Shown here piece by piece: positions 25,924 through 40,254 of a DNA stretch of 64,000 nucleotides. Made by a program: the position numbers and the translations under genes. The notes beneath the pieces were generated by a model. It was not told the DNA's origin. It ran no database searches and saw nothing but the letters and a program-made list of their open reading frames with translations. Every line of letters starts with the position of its first letter. Position 1 is the first letter of the stretch. The DNA comes from Octopus vulgaris. Lineage: Eukaryota. Location: assembly GCA_951406725.2 (NCBI GenBank), contig OX597823.1:22072001-22136000 (forward strand), in the 5' to 3' direction.

Positions 25924-26337
25924 TGCAGTACCAGGCAATGGCTCTCATGGCTTCTGATCTTAACTGATTGGAAGTGTTATCATGTACATTGTTTTGTCTT
26001 GGTATAAAAGATGGGCTACAGCAAATATTCTGCTCAGTACCACGGACTTACTTGTCAGTAGTTTGACCTTAACCAGTTGACCATGTCCCTTAGTGGCTGA
26101 CAATATGTGCATCCCTGAACACGAGGAGAAGTGGTGGGAAAGCATCATAGCCATGTGTTGAGAGGAATTCTTTGGGGTTTGAATAACTAGGTTCCACCTG
26201 CAAGATCCCCTTCTGTCCATATTGTTGTGAGATCACAGAGTCATGCAGAGATAGCTGCGATGCATGTGCCTAATGTACACTTATAAGACGGGTAGTCATG
26301 ATGATTATGTTGGGTTTCGTGTATTTGTACCCTAGTA
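25923..26337 (+). mobile_element. Family D, internally deleted copy
   Basis: Follows the previous copy across an (AAT)n tract; the segment between GAATAA and CCACCTGCAAG is missing. Confidence 0.75.
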
Positions 26338-26359
26338 TAATAATAATAATGATAATAAT

Positions 26360-26580
26360 CTTTTCTACTATACGCACAAGGCCTGGATTTTGCGGGGAGG
26401 GGGACAGTCGATCACATCGACCCCAGTCCTCAACTGGTACTTAATTCATCGACCCCTGAAAGGATGTAAGGCCAAGTCGAGCGAGCTGTGCGGAATTTGA
26501 ACTCAGAACGTAGCAACGGGCGAATTACAGCTAAGCATTTTGTCCGGTTTGCTAACGATTCTGCCAGCCAGCCGCCTTCA
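26360..26580 (-). mobile_element. SINE family C
   Basis: Reverse complement of family C; a further copy lies at 27108-27305. Confidence 0.7.
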
Positions 26581-26596
26581 TATGATGATGATGATG

Positions 26597-26662
<66 letters not shown>

Positions 26663-26665
<3 letters not shown>

Positions 26666-27018
26666 GAACTCAGAGAGCGCAAACCTCTGCCAAGGCAATA
26701 CCAACGCCCTCTCAACGACTAGCCGGATGTGAGTTTTAAAATGAGAATATCTGAAATAAACTCGACTGCGCTCATAAACGAGAATACTAAAAAGTTGAGT
26801 AAAAAAAAAATAAATAAAAAGGAAAAATAATCCAGAATCCTTGTTCGGTACCGGATCGATTCCCAAATCTAATCAGTTTGTGCCAGTCACGAGGGAAAAC
26901 ATCCCTGAAAGTTTCATCCGAATCCATCCAACGGTTCTTGAGATATCTTGTCCACGGACAAACCATCAAATCAACAAACACAACCGAAAAACAATACCTC
27001 CGCCTTAGCGAAGGCAGA

Positions 27019-27022
<4 letters not shown>
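26663..27022 (+). mobile_element. Helentron-associated (HINE/DINE-1-like) non-autonomous element
   Basis: 5' AGAACTCAGAGAGCGCAAACCTCTGCCAAGGC. 3' terminal hairpin TACCTCCGCCTT-AGCG-AAGGCAGAGGTA (26995-27022), whose right arm is inverted to the 5' subterminal ACCTCTGCC. Inserted in (AAT)n. Confidence 0.65.
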
Positions 27023-27075
<53 letters not shown>

Positions 27076-27321
27076 TATTATTATTATTATTATCATCAAG
27101 TTGTTGTCACAAGGGCAGCTTGTGGGAGGAGATTAAGTCGATCACATCGACACCAGTCCTCAACTGGTACTTAATTTAATCGACCCCGAAAGGATGAAAG
27201 GCAAAGTCTGCCTCGGCGGAATTTGAACTCGGAACGTAGCGACGGGCGAAATACAGCTAAACATTTTGCCCGGCGTGCTAACGACTCTACCAGCCAGCCG
27301 CCTTCAATAATTATAATAATG

Positions 27322-27391
<70 letters not shown>

Positions 27392-27396
<5 letters not shown>

Positions 27397-27601
27397 CCCT
27401 GATGCAGTACTAGGCAGTGGCTAATGCCCTGATGCAGTACTAGGCAGTGGCTAATGCCCTGATGCAGTACTAGGCAGTGGCTAATGCCCTGATGCAGTAC
27501 TAGGCAGTGGCTAATGCCCTGATGCAGTACTAGGCAGTGGCTAATGCCCTGATGCAGTACTAGGCAGTGGCTAAGGCCCTGATGCTGTACTAGGCAGTGG
27601 C
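27392..27601 (+). repeat. 7 x 30-bp tandem repeat of the family D 5' end
   Basis: TAATGCCCTGATGCAGTACTAGGCAGTGGC at 27392, 27422, 27452, 27482, 27512, 27542 and 27572. The last unit has 2 mismatches. No spacers. Confidence 0.95.
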
Positions 27602-28130
27602 TCTCATGGCTTCTGATCTTAACTGATTGGAAGTGTTATCATGTACATTGTTTTGTCTTGGTATAAAAGATGGGCTACAGCAAATATTCTGCTCAATACC
27701 ACAGATTTGCTAGTCAGTTGTTTGACCTTAACCAGTTGAGCATGTCCCTTGGTGGCTGATGATATGTGCATCTCTGATCATGAGCAGAAGTAGTGGGGGA
27801 GCATCATAGCCATGTGTTGAGAGGGATTCTTTGGGGTTTGAATAATTCACCTCTGGAAACATGGGTGGTTCTTTCAACATCCTTAAACAACCCTTATTCA
27901 GGGACCTTTTGAGTGGGATGGGCTACTCAACCTGAAGAAAATTCTAACTGGGCCCCACCTGCAAGGTCATGTGCTGTTTATCTTGATATGAGATCACAAT
28001 ATCGCACACATATGGTTGTGATGCATGTGCCTGGTGTACCCTTATCAGACGGGTAGTCATGATGGGTATATTGGGCTTCGTATATTTTACCCCAGTGTCA
28101 CTTTGATGGCATGAACTGCTCTCTCACTCC
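27572..28130 (+). mobile_element. Family D (AAT)n-inserted element
   Basis: Full body follows the 30-bp array and ends CTCTCACTCC-(AAT)n(GAT)n. Confidence 0.85.
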
Positions 28131-28152
28131 AATAATAATAATAATAATAATA

Positions 28153-28191
<39 letters not shown>

Positions 28192-28192
28192 C

Positions 28193-28301
<109 letters not shown>

Positions 28302-28362
28302 AATAATAATAATAATAATAATAATGATGATGACGATGATGATGATGATGATGATGATGATG

Positions 28363-28418
<56 letters not shown>

Positions 28419-28811
28419 TCCTGTCATAATTATCTAACCTCCAAGTAGGATAAAAGCATGCAAAGGAGAAACAATAAAGAATTGTTAGAGATTCTGTGAA
28501 ATAACTAATTTGATATAAAGAAATAATTTGATACAAACTTTCATGTAATAATGAGATTTCAATCCAAGTTCTGAATTTCAATTTTCATATTTTCATATTT
28601 GTGGTTTCACGTGGATTAATCTTGAAAGGTTTAATTTAATAAATGAAATAACAGAATAATCATATATACGTTTTTAAAATGTGAAAGACGGAGCATAATA
28701 AAGCTGAGAGTAACCGATAGGACGAGCGAAACAGACAATGATTGTAGGTTTAGGCTTGATAAAATTTACGAAACGGAAAAAAAGCTGGTTTGTTTGTTTG
28801 TTTCTTTCGTT

Positions 28812-28814
<3 letters not shown>

Positions 28815-28891
<77 letters not shown>

Positions 28892-29046
28892 AGTATGTGT
28901 GTGTGTGTGAGGATGTGTGTGTGTGTGTGCGTGTGTGAGTATGTGTGTGTGTGTGTGTGCGTGTGTGTGTATGAGTATGTGTGTGTGTGAGTATGTGTGT
29001 GTGTGTGTGTGTGAGTGTGTGTGTGAGTGTGTGTGTGTGTGTGTGA

Positions 29047-29106
<60 letters not shown>

Positions 29107-29108
29107 GT
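28815..29108. repeat. (GT)n compound microsatellite
   Basis: ~290 bp GT tract with recurring GAGTAT interruptions. Confidence 0.95.
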
Positions 29109-30107
29109 AGTAATATGATAGCGGACGAAATAGGATTCCCCGGTGTTCATGCTTTGGCCTAGTGGTAAGGATGCTGCACGCATAATTGCGCGAACGTGCT
29201 TTCGAATCCCGGACCGGGTTATGCGCTGTGTTCTCGAGGAAAGCACTTCATTTCCCATTGTTTCTGTTCACACTGCAATAAAAATGAGCAACCCCGTAAA
29301 CCCGTTCAAGGGGAGGGTGTTGTGATCTCGGAAACCAGGTAACTGGTTGTAGGACTCGAGGCAATAATATCCAGGGGTTTCTTTTTTATGCTTTTACCAT
29401 CTAAACGTAAGGTTAGCAGTGTAAGTGAAATGAAATCATCTTATGATAATTTTATAATGAGGTCAACCAGGATGCAACTCCATTCCACGAGGACGTTACT
29501 TCATATTCTGAGGTGGTGGTCACTTGCCTAAACGGCCAGATCTTTTCTTTTGAAGGTTTCACACAAATCCATTGCTGGCACTGACACAGATTTAGTTGAC
29601 GTATCCAAAATCAGGAAAAGTCAAGTCGACCTCCACAGGATTCGAACGTAGAATAATGAGTGACAAAACTAAGTACCTTAAAGTGAAATTAATGAAATTA
29701 GCCACGGGCCAAATAGGAAGCTACTAAGTGGTTGTGCAACCTTCTAGAAATAACAACCAAGTCTCTCTTATGTCATGCTCTACCGTCTTAGAAAAGAACG
29801 AATATTTAGACTAACTTTTGTTCTTTGAGATACTGAACTTGAAAAAAAAATGGTTAAAGTAGAAGTGAGATAGTGGCGGTATAGTTGTTGTTGTTGCTTA
29901 GCTTATGGTAAGTGACATTATTGTGTTTTTGATTCTGGCATAATGTACCGAGGACTACGTTATATAATGCGCCCCCTTTTTATTATTATTATTATTATAA
30001 TTTTTTAAAAATTAAAAACGGTAGAATGTGATTTATGAGAGATTTGAATGCGAGACTGAAAGAAAATGAGCTGATTCCGACGGGAAACGCAGAGAAGCAA
30101 GTAGCAG

Positions 30108-30152
<45 letters not shown>

Positions 30153-30589
30153 ACATACATATAAACGATGGGCTTCTTTCAGTTTCCGTCTACCAAATCC
30201 ACTCTCAAGGCTTTGGTCGGCCCGAGGCTATAGTAGAAGACACTTGCCCAAGGTGCCACGCAGTGAAAACGATATATTTATATCTATCTATACACACATC
30301 AAATTGCGTCCCTCTTTAGCTTTGTGTACCTATAAAGGACTCTGAAAAAAGAACTCACTACTGACTGCAGAGTAAAGATATATTATCAATAGTGGATTTA
30401 GAGCCCAGAACGTAGAGACGGACGAAATGACATTTGGTATTTTGCGTGCAAACGATTCTGCCAGCGCGAGGCCTTAGGATAAATAAATATTAAACCTACT
30501 ATAAAAAAGTTTATTTTTATTGTTCACAATCAGTCAACCAACATTTTGTTTCCTATAATCAGGCGATTTCTATTAAATGGAATCGGAAA

Positions 30590-30850
30590 ATACATTGATA
30601 TACAACCTGAATACAATGCTATTGCAAATATTCCTGTTAATCTTGCATGCATCTACTGAGTAATAAATCATTTCTACAATTTCGTGAATCCAATAAGTGG
30701 AGTAAATACGAACTACGTGGAGCGTTAGAGGAAAGATTGAAAGCGCTGGTTTAAATGAATGAGTGGAACAAACAGTGAAATGCTCCTCTTTTATAAGAAT
30801 TTATGTGGAAGGAAATAAAGGAATATCTAGTTCAGACAATAATGAAACAT
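30590..30850 (+). mobile_element. Merlin/ISXO2(IS1016)-like transposase remnant
   Basis: Translation ...VINHFYNFVNPISGVNTNYVER*RKD*KRWFK*MSGT...EFMW matches the Merlin/ISXO2 pattern VNHxxxFVxPxxGxxTNxIExxW...EFxWR. Confidence 0.6.
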
Positions 30851-31983
30851 ATATCAGTGGTTTTCTATGTAACAAATCCTTGATATGATGGCAATGATTA
30901 CGACCATAAAGCAATCAATCCAATCACAAAGTGTTATGGAAAGACGCATTATCATATTAGGACTACGGTCCGCAGCTCAAACATTTACACCGTAAGGCAC
31001 GATTACCTTTGCCATAGTATGATATATTGTATTTTAATCTCTATGACTTGCAGTGCTTAAATTTTCATTATTATTCAGTTTATTTACATACCACAGGAAT
31101 TTGTGTAGCATGAATACTCGTTTATTGTTCACTCTAGTCTTGGGCTATGTTAGAGCGTTTAATATTGCCTTGAATAATATATGTTAAATACCAGATTTGC
31201 TCGAATGCTTTGAAATTCCGGAGTCTTTACTCCACCCAAAGAAAAGACAAAATTATACAAAGCAAATTCAATGAAATTCTTCAAGTATAATCGATTAGGG
31301 GTACTGTGGAAATTTGTAAAACCGCCGAATTTTTCATTTGAGGTTCCTCCACTAAACTCACACACAAAATTACATATACGTATGGAAGCACACACAAAGA
31401 CACAGGCATGCACATAAACAGAAATGAAGCACACACACACACACACACACACAAACGAACACACACACACAAACACACACACACACACACACACACAAAC
31501 GAACACACACACACAGATACACATAGCAACTAATTCAGATATTGTATTATATATATTGGACTGCGGCCATGCTGGGGTACCGCCTGAAAGTGTTTACTCC
31601 AACAAATCCACTGCAGTACTTATGTATCGGTCGTTTTGCCGAACCACTACGTTAAGAGACGTAAACATGCCAACACTGGTTATCAACTGGCGATGGGGAA
31701 GCAAAAAAAAAAAAGAAGATAAGCATAAAAATGCACAAACAGATATACGATAGGCTTCTTTCAGTATCCGTTCATCAAATCCACTCCGAAGGCTTTGGTC
31801 GGCCTCGGGCTATAGCAGAAGACACTTAGTCAAAGTGTTATGCAGTAGGAGTGAACCATCTACCATATCCGCTTCCAATGTGGTTGGAAAGCAAACTACA
31901 TACTACATCGCCATGCGAGCACGAATTTGTTTCTCCATTTTCTTATTTGTATTATATATGCATAGGTACATGTGTGTGTACAT

Positions 31984-32034
<51 letters not shown>

Positions 32035-32041
32035 ACATAAA

Positions 32042-32898
<857 letters not shown>

Positions 32899-33161
32899 GA
32901 AAGTAGCAATATAAACATATTCTATTATTCTTTTACTTTTTTCATTCATTGAATGGCAGTCATACTGAGGCAGTTCTTCGAAGGCTTTAATCGATCGAAG
33001 CGATCTCGATATTTTAAATCTGGTACTTATTCTGTCGGTGAATTTTTGCCGAACCGCTGCGTTAGGTGGGTCTAAGCAGACCAGCACTGCTCTTCAAATA
33101 GTAGGAGATAAAACCAAACAGACTCAAACACACCCTCGTATATAGAAACATGCATTACAGG

Positions 33162-33215
<54 letters not shown>

Positions 33216-34739
33216 CGCATACACATGCATACACGTGCACACATACGCATGCACACACACATGCACAATGTTGAAGTCATTCTTATGTTCAGGACATGAA
33301 TCGTCGCTGAAAATGGCTGTCTTGCTTATACAAAAACTAAACAAATATTTAAATTAATCAGTTAATCACTCTTTAATTCGTGCTTCATCCTTAATTAATT
33401 AATTGATTAATTAATTAATAATCTTTCACTGTCTTGTGTTTAGTTAACATTTTCCTGAAGATTCAACGGAGGAGAAACGAAAGGCTTCAGACCGAAAGGA
33501 CCTTCCATCTTCATTCATTTCCAATTGCGAAGTTGTTATTTGAAATTCAAATTGTTTTTTCAAATTATAACTCATATATATATATATAAGGATGTTTTTG
33601 ACACAACCCATCACAAGGAGATGTTTATTAGTCAACTAAAAAGAATTACACGGCACAAACTATATCTCAACAGACGACATCATGTCAATAACATAATCTT
33701 CTTAAATATTGCTTTCACGAATATTCCAAGTTGTACGATAAAGATGAAACCTAAAAATATCAAAATAAGAATTTGAACGGGTATATAAAACGAAAACTTC
33801 TTTCTGTGTTCTCTTCTGTTCCAGTAATTTTCTCTTTACAATTGACAAATTCAATAAATGCTGACTCATTCCTTAATTTATCCCTTTCTGCATATTAACA
33901 GAACGTTCTAGATTTAATGTTCTTTCGGCATGTATCAAGCTGTGTTTATGAATCGATTAGTTTCCTTCCATACGTCGACCTCCTCTGAGCATTCATTTCG
34001 GTTTCTACTAATTCTGTCTAAGAAGATTTACGATCTTCTTAGCTTCATTTGTTGCTTCTTATCATATGTTTTATGCATGATGCATGTATGTATGTATGCT
34101 GATGACCGGGGGAATTCTTAAATATTGTCTTTGTTAAAAATGTCTCTACCTGCTGCATACATACACAGATACATAATGCTTACATATATGCATATATGCG
34201 TGTAAACACGTATATACATGCATACATGCATACATACATACATACATATATATAAACATATATATAATCATATTTATTTATATATATATATATACATATA
34301 TATATATGTGTGTGTGTATCTATGTATGTATGTATGTATGTATACATGTATGTATGTATGTATGTATGTATGTATGTATGTATGTATGTATGTATGTATA
34401 TGTGTGTGTATGTATGTATGTATGTATGTATGTATGTATGTATGTATGTATGTGTATGCATTTGTGTAGGTATGAATATACATATACACCTTGTTAAAGA
34501 TAATGTTTTATTGCAGTAATACTAGATACAATATATACTTAAAGTTCTCAGCACAGGCCTTCTTTCTTTCTCTTCACCGTTTTTACATATCCATCACTAA
34601 TTGTAAGCTGTTCATCGGATGCCCTCGAGGCAATAACACAAATCATCATCATCATCATCATCATCACCACCACCACCACCACCACCACCACCACCACCAC
34701 CACCACCATCATCACATCCTCTTCATCATCTTAATTTAT

Positions 34740-35190
34740 GCTTTGCGATATACAGTTCCCTTTCCTGGCACAAGAAATAGATACAACGCGGAAGAACATG
34801 CACAGAGATGTTCAAGTCTTACAACTTTTTTTCTTGTGAGAATGTCTTCACATGTTTAGACCGTATGTTTATTCTTATAGTAATTTGTCAATATTCTTAC
34901 ACAAATGGTCGTCTATCACTCAACATGTACCAAACACGGATGGAATGATAGACACATTCCTTAACTACCTTAATGTTTTTAGTTCAGTAGTCAGGTCGGT
35001 ATAATTTCTTATATATTCAACTTGCTTCTCTTCAACATTATAATCATTTGGCATTGCAATCACGATAATTAGTACGTTACAGTAATTTTTGTCTTGGAAA
35101 ATGATGTCAGCTACATTATTATGTTCCATCACGTAGTCTCTCTGCTAAAGTTCCATAGTAGATTTTAACATTGTCATTTTCTAAGAAAAG
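34740..35190 (-). mobile_element. Decayed RLE-type (R4/Dong-like) non-LTR retrotransposon 3' end
   Basis: Minus-strand translation LENDNVKI...VLIIVIAMPNDYNVEEKQVEYIRNYTDLTTELKTL resembles the PD-(D/E)xK RLE domain. Flanked by (CAT/CAC)n and (TTA)n. Confidence 0.55.
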
Positions 35191-35196
35191 TAGAAG

Positions 35197-35262
<66 letters not shown>

Positions 35263-35275
35263 GTTGTTGTTGTTG

Positions 35276-35339
<64 letters not shown>

Positions 35340-35354
35340 TATCATCATTATCAT

Positions 35355-35712
35355 TGCCTTTGCACAGCTTCTAATGCTGGAGATGTACTACGGTGTCAGC
35401 TGTTCACTGCCGGTGAACTAAGTTTTCGAGCACCTTCCGGAGTATAGTGCTGTTTTCTGCAAGTGCTCCACCCTTATTGCAGCCCCTATTTGTTCCACGT
35501 ACTTCTCGAGACTTTTGCTCACTGTTCCCAGGGCTCCGATAATTATTGATACTACTGCTACCTTTTTCATCGACCACAACTGCTTAACTTCACACGCTAA
35601 CCTGTCATATCTCTTGACTTTTCTTTCTTCCTTATCCCATACATGGGCAAGCTATATCTATGATCCAGCATAGTTTGTTTTCTTTTTCAGTTAAGACTAT
35701 GTCTGGCTTCCT
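35355..35712 (-). mobile_element. RLE-type (R4/Dong-like) retrotransposon 3' end
   Basis: KPDIVLTEKENKLCWIIDIACP...KEERKVKRYDRLACEVKQLWSMKKVAVVSIIIGALGTVSKSLEKYVEQIG...LQKTAL. Both ends join (AAT/GAT)n. Confidence 0.8.
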
Positions 35713-35755
35713 TATTATTATTATTATTATTATTATCATTATTATTATTATTATT

Positions 35756-36310
35756 GAGTGAGAGGTCAGCTCATGCCACCAAAGTGACACTGGGGTACAA
35801 ATATATAAAGCCCAATATACCCATCATGACTACCCGTCTGATAAGGGTACACTAGGTACATGCTTCACAATCATATGTGCGCTACATGATGATCTCATAT
35901 CAAGATAAACAGTGCATGACCTTGCAGGTGTGTGTGTGTGTGGGTGGGGGGGGGGGGGGGCAGTTAGAATTTTCTTCAGGCCGAATAGGCCATTCTGCTC
36001 AGAAGGTCCCTGAATAATGGTTGTTTGAAGATGTTGGACAAAACACCCATGTTTCCAGAAGTGAATGATCCAAACCCCAAAGAATTCCTCTCAACATATG
36101 GTTATGATGTTTCCCACTACTTCTGCTCATGATCAGAAATGCACATATCGTCAGCCACTAAGGGACATGCTCAACTGGTTAAGGTCAAACAACTGACAAT
36201 CAAGTCCGTGGTATTGAGCAGGATATTTGCTGTAGTCCATCTTTTATACTAAGACAAAACAATGTACATGATATCACTTCCAATGAGTTAAGATCAGAAG
36301 CCATGAAAGC
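35756..36310 (-). mobile_element. Family D element, lacking its ~25-bp 5' end
   Basis: Diverged copy in (TTA)n with an internal (GT)n(G)n expansion. Confidence 0.8.
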
Positions 36311-36311
36311 G

Positions 36312-36356
<45 letters not shown>

Positions 36357-36572
36357 TTTTTACTACCCACAAGGGGATAAACATAGAGGGTACAAACAAG
36401 GACAGACAAAGGGATTAAGTCGATTACATCGACCCCAGTGCGAAACTGGTACTTAATTTATCGACCCAGAAAGGATGAAAGGCAAAGTCGACCTCTGCGG
36501 AATTTGAACTCAGAACGTAACGGCAGACGAAATACGGCTAAGCATTTCGCCCGGCGCGCTAACGTTTCTGCC
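36357..36572 (-). mobile_element. SINE family C
   Basis: Reverse complement of the family C unit. Confidence 0.8.
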
Positions 36573-36583
36573 ATCATCATTAT

Positions 36584-37003
36584 TTCGCTAGTGCATGCTA
36601 TTTTAGTTAGCAAGTATTTTACCAAGAGATTTGGTGACAAGTCCCATCAAATCTCAAGAACCTCTCTTAGAATTCTTGTAAAATATAGAATGGTACTTTT
36701 CTGTAAGTCGACAATGCGAATTTCTGTTCCAATCTTCTTCAGTCTTTTTAACAGTATTTTGGGTGTGGTGCCAAGTGCACCAATTACTAGAGGAATAATT
36801 GTTGTCTTGGTCTTCCATAGTCTTCTCAAGCTCTCTGGCTAGATCCTCATATTTCCCAAGTTTTAAAAATTCCTTGATATTGACTCTGCTATCGTAGGGA
36901 AGAGTAAAATCTATGATCTTACACTGTTTATTTCGTCCTGTATGATCATATCCGGTCCCCGTGTTTCAATAGTCAGCCTTTATGGGGAAATTCCACAAGA
37001 TAT
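36584..37003 (-). mobile_element. RLE-type (R4/Dong-like) retrotransposon 3' end
   Basis: ILWNFPIKADY...CKIIDFTLPYDSRVNIKEFLKLGKYEDLAREL / RRLWKTKTTIIPLVIGALGTTPKILLKRLKKIG...LQKSTILYFTRILREVL. Flanked by (GAT/AAT)n. Confidence 0.8.
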
Positions 37004-38947
37004 CATCATCATCATCATCATCATTGTTATTGTTGTCGCTGTTTCTACTGAGGTTGATGGCGTTTATATTATTGTTCTTATTATCGCTATTGTTATTGGT
37101 ACAATCACTACAAGGTGGCGATTTAGCAGAATCTTTTGTGCTTTGCAGCTTTTGTTCCGGCTCTTTACATTCTGAATTTAAACCGTGCGGAGGTTGACTT
37201 TTCCTTTCAAGCCTTTCGTTTGCATATTTGTGTGTGAAAAATGAAGGGAACAAAAGGAAACAACTTGTAATGGATTAAGAAAGATCAATCTGGAAAAGTT
37301 TGAGATAGAAATGTGACTTACTAAATCATAAGATGCTTACTAAAATTTATCCGTTTGCGAACAGAAAATTTCGAAAGAAGAATTTCATCGCATATGCACT
37401 GAAACAGGGCAATTGCATACATTTATACAATCATTGATATCTTAAAACAAAGTTTCCATCTTATTGAGGCAAAGCTCAAAATGGAAATTTCCGTACAAGT
37501 ACGGAGTAACAAAATTCAGGATTGACCATAAAATTTTAAGAGATAAACCCTGGCTCTCGAATGATTCAGAGCCTTTTTCTTGTGACGTTTATTCGCCATT
37601 CTAGAAAAAAAAAAACCCCGTCATTCGTATACCAGTTTTCCTAAATGTATAGATAATTCCAAAATCATCTTTAAAAGAGATTTCAATAAATCCAATAATA
37701 AATGTTAGGAGTGTATTATCATCAGAAAATTTAATGTAGAACACGAAAGTTCTCAGAAGGCAATAACTATTAAGGGGGCTACTGATATGAATGCTGAAGT
37801 GACAAGTGAAAATGGCGGTTATACTGTTTGCGACTGCTAGATATTCGATATTGAATTTGGTGGAGCAACTTGCGAAGTTCGTGCGACAAAAATATGTAAT
37901 TTTGACAGCATTTGAACTTAAAGCTTCATAATATATATGGTTTACTGCGAAATGAAAATGAATTTAGTTTAAGAAATATTTACCAAAGAGGTAACTGGCA
38001 TTTTAGCTAGAATGAACACTAAATTATAGAATGAGCTTATTTTTACACAAAATAATTTGTACTGTATACTTTATCTGTGAAGCCACAGTCTTGTTATAAT
38101 AATGTGAAAAGCTGTCGAATGAAGATAAGGAAGATATGCAAATACCAAGTTTATTAAGTATGTTGGTTTCATATTCTATTTATACTAAATAATAATTCAT
38201 TTGGTTTTCTATAAGCGTGAAATTCGTATTGAAATTTAAAGTAATGCAAAAATACTTAAATACACTAACCGTCAAAAGTAATCTTTAAACTCGATTTTAA
38301 GCGAAAAACCTGTATGTGGTCTTTTCTATATCTATCTGAACAGTGGCCTTTTACATTAAGTGACACTAACGGCCCTCATTTCTGTCGAACTACCTTGAAA
38401 GCTTCGGAATTTTTTTTTTTTTTTATGAATGTTCAAAACGTAAATTTCAATGATTTTGTACAATTTTTGTGAACCCATGAAGTAATCCAAATTTTCATCT
38501 CCGATCTTTTTAAATTCAAAATGAGTTAAAGAATATAATGGATTTCATTGCATGCATAATGATTTCGATGTATGTAATTAGTATGAAATTATTACCGAAA
38601 GCTAAGGCTTTATGTCTAGGTTCAGTTATGGAAGATTGTACAAATTGGCAAAATTGTTTAGCATTAAAACCGTCGAACAACTTACCGTATCACTAATATT
38701 ACATAATTTAATAGAAATGATCTGTCTGTTCTAAATATGACAAAATCTTTGATGTTTTTGCTATAAATTTCCTAACGCGTTTCCCCAAGAGGTAATGAAA
38801 CTGCATTTATTATTACAAATAAATTACATTGTGATGTAATTTGAATGCGATGCAAAATTTGCTTAGAATGAAACATTCTAATATGTCGATCATTTTCAGG
38901 TTAGTAGACGTGTTTTCAGCTTCAATTATGGAATTATTTTCGCAATA

Positions 38948-38990
<43 letters not shown>

Positions 38991-39993
38991 CTCTTACAAC
39001 ACTAGTGAAAATGGTGTTCTCGACAAATGAAATTTTTCATCCCACTAACAGCAATGTTACTCAAGACCTTTAATAAGTTCACTTTGTAATATTAAGCCTT
39101 ATATTCAATCTTTCATAACCAACCAACAGGAAGTCTTTGGGAAACAGTTGGCATTCACGCGCTCGTCTGTTCTGCAGTATGTGTATTTGAGATATATGTA
39201 TGTCTTCTGTTATCTGTTTCAGTCACTTGACTGCAGCCATTCAAGACCAGTGTTTTGAAAGGTTTAAACGAACAAATCGCAACAACTACTTTTTATTTTT
39301 ATGTCTAGTAATTAATCTGGTGGTTTCTTTTGCCATATGACGGGATTCCTTAAAGTTTCCATCTATCGAATTAACACACAAAGCATTGATCGGTCCGGAG
39401 TCAAAATTGAAGACATTTGCCTTGGGGTGACGCGCAAATGGATTGAATCCAAAACAACACCAGATGCAAAGCGAGCTTCTTAACATGCAGCCATGCCGTA
39501 TATAACCAGATGTGTCTATTCACATCCAACTATAGAGAGCACACTTCATATTTCATTTCATAACGGCTATCTCTGAAAAGCGCAAGGTTACACAATCGGA
39601 CTGTTATCTAACACTCCGTTGAACTCCTAGTACGAAACCGATTGGTAAGATCGGCTGTAATGAATATATATATATATATGTCTGTCTGTCTGTATGTATG
39701 TATGTATATGTCTGTATGTATGTATGTATGTATGTATGTCTGTCTGTCTGTATGTCTGTCTGTATGTCTGTCTGTACGTATTTATGTATGTATTTATGTA
39801 TGCATGTATGTATGTAATATGTGTATGTATTCATGTAATTAACATATGTTTATGCAGTGTATACACATATACATGTACAATATATATATATATATAGTTA
39901 ATCCAAACAAGAAAACACAGAAAAAAACACAGCAACACGAGGACGTGGAACAATTAAAGTATTATTTGACGCTCAGGAAAGAAGGGAAGGAGG

Positions 39994-40028
39994 GTTTAAC
40001 GTTTCGAGCGGAGCTCTTCGTCGGAAAC
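39994..40028 (-). ncRNA. Minimal type I hammerhead ribozyme motif (Penelope-type)
   Basis: Reverse complement: GTTT-CCGACGA-A-GAGC TCC GCTC-GAAA CG TT-AAAC. Palindromic ACGT stem III; core has U4C. Confidence 0.55.
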
Positions 40029-40106
40029 AAAGGAGAAGGAAAGATCCCGAGAAGGGAAGACAGATGAAAAAAAATTTTTTGCTGGTGGTGCTCAAGAGAT
40101 CACATG

Positions 40107-40254
40107 TATATAATTTGAATACACATTATAAAGAAGATATACAATTCCACATATATGTATATACATATATATATATATGCTTATGTAACTATATATGTAT
40201 ATACATATATGTGGAATTGTATATCTTCTTTATAATGTGTATTCAAATTATATA
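40107..40254. repeat. Fold-back inverted repeat (~60-bp arms)
   Basis: TATATAATTTGAATACACATTATAAAGAAGATATACAATTCCACATATATGTATATAC and its exact reverse complement ending at 40254. Confidence 0.9.

Noticed and set aside
27392-27601. CRISPR-like array of 30-bp repeats
   Set aside because: Units are contiguous with no spacers, equal the 5' end of family D, lie in eukaryotic context, and there are no cas genes.
37560-38940. DNA transposon-like AT-rich segment with TTAAGGGGGCTACTG start
   Set aside because: Could not find a matching inverted terminus or any coding motif.
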